From Epithemia pelagica (taxonomy: Eukaryota; Protista; Bacillariophyta), in the NCBI GenBank assembly GCA_946965045.2, contig OX337235.1, forward strand, positions 682,001-746,000: a stretch of 64,000 bases of DNA, written 5' to 3'. The number at the start of each line of letters is the position of its first letter. Position 1 is the first letter of the stretch. The position numbers and the translations under genes were made by a program. Below are positions 24,145 through 32,279 of the stretch, one piece after another. The notes below the pieces were generated by a model, which was given only the letters and a program-made list of their open reading frames with translations, did no database searches and was not told the origin of the DNA.

Positions 24145-27100
24145 TTACCATCCTTGTATACTCTCGCGATGTTTCTCGAACGATGATTCGTTGAGCGATT
24201 TAGTGAAGATATCCGCGGTCTGATCGTCTGTCGCGCACGGGTGAATCTCGATCTCTTTTCGTTCCACAAAAGATTTAAAATGGAACAACTTGGTGCACAG
24301 ATACCGTGTCCTGGGTCTGTACTTGTATATCGTTGCGAGTTCGACTGCACCACTGTTATCTTCGAAGGCCTTGCAGTGTATATTGGGTGTCGTAGAGAGA
24401 ATAGGGAATCCCAAATCCTTCATCTCACGAGTGATGGCCATCAACGGAATGACGGTACGTAGTGCGTGTGACAAACTGATGATCTCTGCTTCTGTGGTTG
24501 ATAAGGCTATCTCTGACTGCAGTTTTGATCGCCATAGGATGGGGCAACCTGCATAGAAGACCACAAATCCCGTTCGAGACCGAGCCATGTCCTTGTTTGG
24601 GTGGTCGAGCTTGTTAAAATTGCCTGCAAAGTCCGCGTCGGCGAACACTTGGAAAGATTTCGTGGTGTCGGGTTTTAGTATCACTCCTTGCTTTTTTGTC
24701 CCGGCGAGGTAACGTGCTATGTGTTTGACGGCTTTCCCATGAATTGCTTTTGGGTTTTCGCAAAATCTGGCGCATTGGTGGACGGCGAAACTAATATCTG
24801 GTCTCGTGCTCTTTTCCAGGAAGTTGAGTTTCCCGATCGCCGACCTGTAATGGAAATGGTGATCAAATGCTTTTCCGTCTTGGTCTTGTCTCAAGCGTAC
24901 TGTGGTTGGTGCCGGTGTTTCTTTCTTCTTGGTTGATTCGTCGGCAAGGTGAAGATCGTGGAGGATTGAGTCAATTAAATGTGGTTGAGTCAAGTGGATG
25001 GTGCCATCCTCTTTTCTGTCGATGTTGACCCCAAGAAAATCGTTGACTCCGTCTTCGTAGGTCATCTTCAGACCACTATTCTCCATTGTAACAATCAACC
25101 GGTCGAGTTCTTCTTTGTCAGGACCCAACAATAAGGAATCGTCCGTATACAAGATGTATACGCATTTACCGTGATAAAAGAGGCACTTGTCGTGTGCACT
25201 TTGTTGGAAACCGACTTGCTTAAGTCGTTCCACGAGGTGTTGATTCCATACTCGGGCACCCTGCTTCTGCCCATAGTAATTTTGCTTGATCTTGAGGACG
25301 TAGTCTTCTGCTCGCTGGTTTCCTTTTGTATCGAATGTGAAGCTTTTCGGCGCTTCCATATACATATCAGTCTCGGCGACTGCTTGAGTATATGCCAGCA
25401 CATAATCTACCTGTTTGATGTGCCATCCTTGTGTGAGTGCCATAGTCAGGATGAATCTCACAACGGGCCATTGAATCACGGGAGCGTAGGTTTCCCAATA
25501 GTTAACCCCCTTTTCTTGCATGGACCCATCATATGCCAATCTGGATTTCCATTTGTAGACTTCTCTAGTTTTTAGTCTTCTCTTTCGGACGCAACTCCAC
25601 ACTCCTTGAGAGATTAGCGCTCCTTTCGGAATGTCCTTTCGCTTGACCACCTCCCATAGACCATTATCGCTATGATCTTGTACGTCTTTCTGTGCTGCCT
25701 TTATGAATTCCGCTCGATCCTCTTGTTTCATCGCTTCATGCCAGTACATAACATCTGGATTGCTGTTAGCTTGAGCGGTATTGACTGTCACAGTTGGTTT
25801 AGCTGTGATAGCTACTTCTCCGATCGCGTCTTCGGGCTCTTGGAGCGAAGTCAAGTAGTCTTGATATCGTTGTGTTCGACGAGGAGTACGTTGGGACCGC
25901 CTAGCTCCCTCATGCTCTGGCATAGTTTCTCGTTCTTCCATTGGCGGGTTAGCATCGTTAGTTTGGTCCCTGTCTTCGGGTATCGTAACGTCGGTCTCAC
26001 GTCGGGATGACGTCGTTGTACTTCCGAATTCCACGCGTGGTTGATTCTCCCTCATACGTGGTCTGGATTTTGTGAACCCTGCCTTATACTGCCATTGAGA
26101 TATTGGTTGGGCCTCTCCAAAACTTTTGCGTATTGTTTCAAATTGGTCATCGTATTGAACATGAAATTGAGGTGACGTCAATCCGGAAGAAAGGGATAAG
26201 ATAAGCCCGATTGTCCTTGCATGTTGGGGAGAATAGCCCAAGAAAATGCCAACTCGAGCTCGTTCGGACCATTTGGGAATTGGAGTTCCGCTTTGTAATT
26301 CGTTGTCGAGTACGTATGCTGGGCATCCGAACGTATGTGCGAGTCGTGTATTGAATCTTACCGTTGAACCTGTAAATAGTTCCATTGGCGTCTTTTCCTT
26401 GTGTTTCTTCATTGGTGCCTCATTGAACATGTCGTTGGCATAGCGGACTGCATAGGGCCATAAGTTCGTCGTCACTGTACTAGGCCAGCGTCGTTGGGCG
26501 TGTATTAGCATTGTTCTTCCTGATTCTTGTAGTTCTCTAATACGTCGTTCGGCCATGCCACTTTGAAAGTGAGCATTAACCCCACTGAAAGTTAATCGTT
26601 GATTCTTCATTTGTACTGCTTCCCGGAATTTATTATCGGCAAAGATGCCGTTATCGGCGTGATAATGTCGGATCTTGACTCCGTGAGTGTCTGCCCAAGC
26701 TTCAAACCGTTCTTTAGCTTCGATCGTGTCTTTTGCTGATGTACTCCGTTGAAGGTGTACATAGCCTACCCCTGAGAAGTGGTCGACGAAAACCGTAGCC
26801 ACCCTATATCTGTCCCGTGTGGGAGTCCCTCGTAGATGCGCAATGTAACCCGGAGTCTTTGATATCATTTGGTCGACTGATACACATTGACCCGGTGACG
26901 TCATGGTATCTAGTGTTCCACGATGACCTTTGATTCGCCAGGGACGTCGCGTAGCTTTCCCGTACATACGCGCCGTACAGACCGGGACCTTACAGTTTGC
27001 AAGTCGCTTTGGGAGTCCTCCTTGTCGTGCAAGGCTTTGGATTTTCGCCATCGACAGGTGACCCATTCTATGATGCGTTCGGAGTAACTCTAGCGTTGGA

Positions 27101-28140
27101 CTTTCGGGGAGTACCTCTTCTTCATTAGGAATCACATGTACGGTATCGCTGGGGTCTATGAGGAACTCGGTAGTCATCGGTACATCTCTTGTTGGAAAAT
27201 AATGTTCATTTTGTTCGTCGTCGAGATTCTTGTGATTTTCGTCGATACTCCAATCGTCTCCCTCATCTTGGTCCATTGTTGATGGAGACCGTTCCATGAC
27301 GGATTCGTCGTCGTCTTCAATGATGTTTGCGTTGTTGACCAGCAAGGGCTTGTTGTCCTCTTGTTGGATTGTCGTGCCTGCCTTTTTGCAAAACGCTTCG
27401 TATTTTGTGTATCCTGGGGCAGTCGTAAACTCACCCACATTTGAACCTCGTTGTTTCAATGGAATCGTCCGTTTGAAGAGTCCTTGCCCCCAAATCAATT
27501 CGATAGCGTTGCTATATGTCACACATCGTGTTCCTCTCGGCAAGGGTTTGATATCTTTTGCTGTTTGTGCCCAATGTTGGGGCGAAAGCAGTTTGGTTGG
27601 AGTCGATGGGATGTAGAAGGACCTTGGGAGCGTGATCGTATGGATCTTGCCGTCGTCGTCCTCGATATCCCATCGTATCGTCGTCTCGTATATATCTGGT
27701 TGATATGTTCCTGCTACTCCCTTGACCTTTCGTTTGATTTTGATTGGTTTGGTGCAGCAGTCTTGTATGTCGTTCGTAATTGACGCGGTTGCGCAATTGT
27801 CAATCAAGACTTTCCTGCTGTCGGTATCAAAGCCAACTTCGTGAGCCGCTCGGTGAGTAACTTGTCCAGTTGTCGAAGTCAGTATCGTTGCCATGCATAA
27901 TGCCCGGAGGAGTCCTGTATAGTTAGTTCTCCGTCGTCTCCGGCCATGGTCGATTCGTCGTTTCTTCTTCACTTTGATTTTGGTCGCGAGAGAGGTCGCT
28001 ATGGAGTCGCATAGCCTTTGGACGTAGTCTAGGACTGACTCCAGGTGGTAGCACCTAGGACACCATAGCCCGTAGCACAGCATAGTGTAACTTGATAAAA
28101 GGATCGTCACTAATACTGTGTAAACGAGCTGCTTGATCAT
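24145..28140 (-). CDS. pol: Pol polyprotein of element 1 (1331 aa from first ATG)
   Basis: Protease LIDNCATAS; integrase HHRMGH, VSVDQ, ADNG, ERRIRE; RT YTDD; RNase H ADADFAG..ADIFTK. Confidence 0.95.
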   Translation of the reverse strand: MIKQLVYTVLVTILLSSYTMLCYGLWCPRCYHLESVLDYVQRLCDSIATSLATKIKVKKKRRIDHGRRRRRTNYTGLLRALCMATILTSTTGQVTHRAAHEVGFDTDSRKVLIDNCATASITNDIQDCCTKPIKIKRKVKGVAGTYQPDIYETTIRWDIEDDDGKIHTITLPRSFYIPSTPTKLLSPQHWAQTAKDIKPLPRGTRCVTYSNAIELIWGQGLFKRTIPLKQRGSNVGEFTTAPGYTKYEAFCKKAGTTIQQEDNKPLLVNNANIIEDDDESVMERSPSTMDQDEGDDWSIDENHKNLDDEQNEHYFPTRDVPMTTEFLIDPSDTVHVIPNEEEVLPESPTLELLRTHHRMGHLSMAKIQSLARQGGLPKRLANCKVPVCTARMYGKATRRPWRIKGHRGTLDTMTSPGQCVSVDQMISKTPGYIAHLRGTPTRDRYRVATVFVDHFSGVGYVHLQRSTSAKDTIEAKERFEAWADTHGVKIRHYHADNGIFADNKFREAVQMKNQRLTFSGVNAHFQSGMAERRIRELQESGRTMLIHAQRRWPSTVTTNLWPYAVRYANDMFNEAPMKKHKEKTPMELFTGSTVRFNTRLAHTFGCPAYVLDNELQSGTPIPKWSERARVGIFLGYSPQHARTIGLILSLSSGLTSPQFHVQYDDQFETIRKSFGEAQPISQWQYKAGFTKSRPRMRENQPRVEFGSTTTSSRRETDVTIPEDRDQTNDANPPMEERETMPEHEGARRSQRTPRRTQRYQDYLTSLQEPEDAIGEVAITAKPTVTVNTAQANSNPDVMYWHEAMKQEDRAEFIKAAQKDVQDHSDNGLWEVVKRKDIPKGALISQGVWSCVRKRRLKTREVYKWKSRLAYDGSMQEKGVNYWETYAPVIQWPVVRFILTMALTQGWHIKQVDYVLAYTQAVAETDMYMEAPKSFTFDTKGNQRAEDYVLKIKQNYYGQKQGARVWNQHLVERLKQVGFQQSAHDKCLFYHGKCVYILYTDDSLLLGPDKEELDRLIVTMENSGLKMTYEDGVNDFLGVNIDRKEDGTIHLTQPHLIDSILHDLHLADESTKKKETPAPTTVRLRQDQDGKAFDHHFHYRSAIGKLNFLEKSTRPDISFAVHQCARFCENPKAIHGKAVKHIARYLAGTKKQGVILKPDTTKSFQVFADADFAGNFNKLDHPNKDMARSRTGFVVFYAGCPILWRSKLQSEIALSTTEAEIISLSHALRTVIPLMAITREMKDLGFPILSTTPNIHCKAFEDNSGAVELATIYKYRPRTRYLCTKLFHFKSFVERKEIEIHPCATDDQTADIFTKSLNESSFEKHRESIQGW

Positions 28141-28176
28141 GTCGTGCAGCCCGGGAAACCATCCCGGGTTTGGTTG

Positions 28177-29433
28177 TCATTCGTCGGTGCTGTTGTCGCT
28201 GTCATCGTCTTCATCGTGGGTAGCACCGGCTAGGGCGCTAGCAAGGCGGAGTCCTGGGTTCGTTCCCGTGTTCTCGGACGTGGTATCATCTTTGTTCTCG
28301 TGTGCTGCGTCGTAGGCCCGTTTCTTATCTCCTGTCAGACCACGTCCGTTACACGTTGCGGACGTGTGGTTTTTGTTGGTCGACCACTTTCCGTGCCACT
28401 TGCACCAGTACCACATTTTTCCGTTGACTTCCTTCGTCTCGGACTGACCGCTCTTTGGTCCCACCGTAAGCCAGGCCTTATCGTTGTCAGTTGCCTTGTC
28501 CGTCTTCCCTTTGCTTGTCTGTTTCTTCTGGTCACTTGGGTTAGTCTTGCGTTTCTGCTCCTTGAGTTTATTCACGGATGCTTCAAGTGCGATCAATTTC
28601 TGGTCGCGTGCCGAGAGAGCCTGCCATTTCTTCTGTTCCACGAGCGTCTGGTACTTGGTGCGAGCAACGCTCATTAGTTGACGCGGGGTCAGTCCTGGAT
28701 TGTCTCCTTCTTCATATGCGTTCTTCTTGCGACGAATGAACTCTAGAAAGTTATCGTCGTTCACGGTTTCGTAAGCCTTAAATAGATTCGGTAGAAGGTC
28801 GAGCGTCTGCTCGCCGCGCGCGTTGAGAGCCCGAAGAGTCTCGTCTACATAGAAGTTAAACTTGGCGATGTCCGCGTTCACATCCATAATATAGATGTGA
28901 AGGTCAGCCAAGCGTTGGCGTAGAACCATAACGGTGGCTTCTGTGTCCACATGTGCCAACGAGATCAAAACCTTGAGGAGAAGGGGTCCGGAACCACGCC
29001 CATCGATAGTGAAGTCTTTGCGTCGAATATTGACCTGTGCCTTGGCGTCGTTGGTAAGTGATGCCATAATGCAAGTGTATGCCATGTATGCATTCTGTGT
29101 CTGACGATTGGCTCCATTGAAGTGTTCAACATAGGCACGGACTTGTTGCAAGGAGACACGACCGTACTCGCTGGTGAGCAAACGAAGATTGGCGTCGGGG
29201 GCAGCGATCGCTTCTGGAATTGCAAAGATCGAAGTCCAGTTTTGTTCAACGATCCTGTCTTGGAGAGTATCAAGGAACGTCTTGAGTCCGTCGGCTTCAA
29301 GGTCGTAGAGATCTCCACTATCGTACAATCCACGAATCGCTTGCTTGTAAAACTTCGCTCCTCCTGCCGTCGTGAAGTTGATCACTTGATTGGCGTTGGC
29401 ATGAGCGGGTGAAAGGGCAAAATTTGCGGCCAT
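28177..29433 (-). CDS. gag: Gag of element 1 (418 aa)
   Basis: ORF between the 5' LTR and pol; GPLLLKVLI..LPNLFKAY core; C-terminal WCKWH..H..C knuckle. Confidence 0.9.
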   Translation of the reverse strand: MAANFALSPAHANANQVINFTTAGGAKFYKQAIRGLYDSGDLYDLEADGLKTFLDTLQDRIVEQNWTSIFAIPEAIAAPDANLRLLTSEYGRVSLQQVRAYVEHFNGANRQTQNAYMAYTCIMASLTNDAKAQVNIRRKDFTIDGRGSGPLLLKVLISLAHVDTEATVMVLRQRLADLHIYIMDVNADIAKFNFYVDETLRALNARGEQTLDLLPNLFKAYETVNDDNFLEFIRRKKNAYEEGDNPGLTPRQLMSVARTKYQTLVEQKKWQALSARDQKLIALEASVNKLKEQKRKTNPSDQKKQTSKGKTDKATDNDKAWLTVGPKSGQSETKEVNGKMWYWCKWHGKWSTNKNHTSATCNGRGLTGDKKRAYDAAHENKDDTTSENTGTNPGLRLASALAGATHDEDDDSDNSTDE

Positions 29434-29469
29434 GGTGGATGATGAATTGACAACGTTTTAGCTGTAAAC

Positions 29470-29484
29470 AGCGCAGAGGAAGCG
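29470..29484 (-). promoter_or_regulatory. Putative non-canonical PBS complementary to the D-arm of initiator tRNA-Met
   Basis: Sense sequence CGCTTCCTCTGCGCT abuts the LTR end. Its complement AGCGCAGAGGAAGCG fits the conserved eukaryotic tRNAi-Met GCGCAGNGGAAGCG. Confidence 0.65.
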
Positions 29485-29945
29485 TGTTGTTTTCCTGCTA
29501 CCGTGGGCAACAAGAACGAGCTCAACCCGTGTAAAACAAAGTTAAGTTGTGTGTTTAGTCTTTACATCTACTCGTAGCGATGGCTGTGATCCGTTGGATC
29601 TTCGGCCGTTTGATAAGGTAGATTGGAGATCTTTTGCGATCTTGTTGCAATCTTGGTTTCCTATGTATCGTCGTCCAGCCCGTTCTTGCCTGTCATAATG
29701 TTTAGACGACGACAGTTATGGGATGCCATAGGATCTCGTTTCTCTATGTATTGGACTTGTTTGGGCCGTTATTGTTGATGACGCGTTGCTCCAAATGAGA
29801 CTTGGTCGGCCCATTGGTTCATTTGTTCTGTTTGAAATAACGATGGTACTCGTCTCTTGTCGGTCGAATCTTCTACTTCCGAATGCCGGTTCCGAATATT
29901 AGTCGCACTTCTTCATTCACTGACCATATCTCATTATTTTGAACA
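29485..29945 (-). repeat. 5' LTR of element 1
   Basis: Direct repeat of 23657-24117. Confidence 0.95.
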
Positions 29946-30306
29946 CCCATGGAGCCACTCTGATCCGAGATGGTAAAGAACAAGTTGTGCTCGAATGTTG
30001 GGCCATCAGGAGGGATCGTGTCGTCACAAGAGCACAGATCAGTTGCCTCGTCAGCACAAATGTGATCCCAGAGCTTCACACAGCAAAAGGGGTCAATCTT
30101 GCAAACGACACATTGACATCCAGGACAGCTGCAACCAGTGCCAAGATCCTTTTTCATCAGGCAGTCGCCGCAAGAACCATTGTCACAAGCCGTGGGCCCT
30201 GTGCATTCTTCTTCAGAAGAAGAAGCATCCAAAGTCGCAAAACGCTGGGCAACAGGTGACTTTGAGTGGAGACGGCACTGGACGGGCAGTGATGTTAACA
30301 TGTGTA

Positions 30307-30475
30307 TGAAAAGGGCGCGACCTAATGGAGACTAGCCATAGGGCTGACGTATAGGGTCGACGTCACCTTGCCCAACCAGCCTCACACTCTGGATGACGCA
30401 CTACTTGCATATCTTTTAGGAACGTACGAACTAGGTAATCTTCTATCATAATTTTACGAATACATACCCTTTTCA
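30307..30475 (+). repeat. 5' LTR of element 2
   Basis: Direct repeat of 37276-37444 (CTACTTGC vs CTACTAGC). Confidence 0.95.
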
Positions 30476-30498
30476 GGTTATGAGCCCAAGCATCACGC
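30476..30498 (+). promoter_or_regulatory. Half-tRNA PBS complementary to the anticodon arm of initiator tRNA-Met
   Basis: GGTTATGAGCCCA directly follows the LTR and is the reverse complement of UGGGCUCAUAACC, the copia/Ty5-type PBS. Confidence 0.85.
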
Positions 30499-30682
30499 AT
30501 TGAAGCCTGTTGCGAAAAGACCATAACGATTTGGTGGACCAGTTCAAGCGTTTGACGTTGACGAAATCCGTACAAGCGGCCGTTGAAGTCCCCAAGACCT
30601 ACCAGTTTCGATAGCCCGTTTAAAGAACGGTGGTGCGTCGAAGAAGCAAGAACCAGGTGGTTTCGTTGCGATTTTCCAGTGA

Positions 30683-32279
30683 ATGGAAACGATAGCTGAC
30701 TTTCTCAGAGTAAGAGTAGGAGCAGCTGCTGAAGACTCAAGCTTGGATTCCGGTTCCAAGAGAATACCAGGTTGGTCGTCCTCTGAAGACTCAAGTTTAA
30801 GTAGTATCGAAACGATGAGTAATAAAGTAATTATTAACGGAGAAGAGGTTGAAGTGAACACAAGTGCCACACGGTCTGAAGATGTGGAGACAGCCCTGTT
30901 CAAGAAAGAAGACCGAGAAGGCATGGGTGCAGAGAAGCGCCAGGAACTCTTCTCGAAGGCTGCTACTTCAACCCCTGCCAAATTTGATCTCCTATCAGCT
31001 AACATCACAGACGTGAAACAGCTGGAGGAGTGTTACAATTTGAATCTTTTGGTGTCTCGTCTGAAGAGCCAACATATTATGTACGACATGCATGATGTGT
31101 TTACTATTGTTGTACCTGATGGAACAGGACCGAAGCTCAAGACGAATACGACACCCAAGGATTTATATCTGTTCTATGCAGATCTCTCAGAAGAAGAAGT
31201 CGCTGCCAGTAACGAGTGGTATTCCACATGGCCGAGTAAGTCTTGGTATCGTGAAAACTTAATGTTAACCGCGAAGCAACTTGAGGCCAGCATGAAGAAT
31301 TCCCTTTGGACCAAGGTCTATGAACGGTACAAACGTTACAAGACCGAACAGCAAGGTGGTCCTTTACTTTTTGTGATCATGATGAAGCTTCTCGTGACCC
31401 ACACCGAACAAGCAACGAAGAATCTTGTAGACACAGTTGAAAATCTTAAGATTTCTAAAGTCCGTGGGGAGAATGTTTCTAAGATCGTAAGCCTCATCCT
31501 CGGTGCTCACGAACGATTGGAGGCAATTTCGAATGTTCCCGATGATTTCTCTAAAACGGTTCTAAAGGTCTTACAGACTAGTTCCGTGGATCAGTTTAAT
31601 AAAGTGTTTGAGCTAATTGAGAGCCAAGCACGCATTGCTGGCGCCTTGACTCGCTCTACGCCATCTACCCAAGCACAGTTCCAGATCCCCTCTGTTGAAG
31701 CCTTGTTGGATCTAGCCGAGCAAGAATATCTCTCCCTTTGTCGCTCCAACGATTGGACGGGGAGCAAGACACAGAAGCCCCTCTACATTCACGGCTGGTG
31801 GCCTCACGGCTGATTCCGGCGGTTCTCGGAAATGGAAGCCCGTCTGTTGGAACTGTGGTGGGGAACATACCATCAAGGACTGCCCCAAACCAAAGAACGA
31901 AGCCCTCATTGAGGCCAATCGTCAAAAATATCAGGCCAAGAAGAAGGCCGGCGCTGGCAACGGCAATGGCGATCGTAACCGTAGCTCTAACAAGTGGCGC
32001 CCTCCTTCGTCCGACGAGAATGGCAAGCGCATCATTGATGGCAAAACCATGCACTGGGATGCCACTACCAAACGTTGGAACAAGCCTCACGGCAATGTTG
32101 CCAACGACCAAGCCGCTCCAGCAACCGACTCTTCGACCTCGACCTCCCAAGCGCGGTTTGCTGGTGCCACTGCCAATGTTGCTGCCACTGGCTCTGCTGC
32201 GACGACCCACGCTCAGTCTCGTCGCGTTCTTGAGCGCACCCTTGAGTCTTTAATGACCCAGGTGCAGAACTTATCTTGA
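30683..32279 (+). pseudogene. gag: Gag of element 2 with a +1 frameshift near 31780-31790
   Basis: ORF 30683-31813 continues in the +1 frame with TFTAGG..CWNCGGEHTIKDC (zinc knuckle) to TGA 32277-32279. Confidence 0.8.

Larger units (their letters stand above)
23657..29945 (-). mobile_element. Ty1/copia LTR retrotransposon 1 (CoDi-like), full length, 6289 bp
   Basis: 461-bp LTRs with TGTT..AACA ends, flanked by CCCATG duplication. Gag followed by PR-IN-RT-RH (copia order); PPT present. Confidence 0.97.

Noticed and set aside
24045-24353. ORFs 24045-24353 and 29873-30301 sharing a C-terminus, as independent genes
   Set aside because: The shared tail is LTR sequence; 29873-30301 is the host-gene fragment reading into the LTR.
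28150-28176. H-type pseudoknot pairing spacer AACCA with loop TGGTT
   Set aside because: The complementarity exists, but loop 3 would be zero nucleotides, which is sterically implausible; only the hairpin is claimed.
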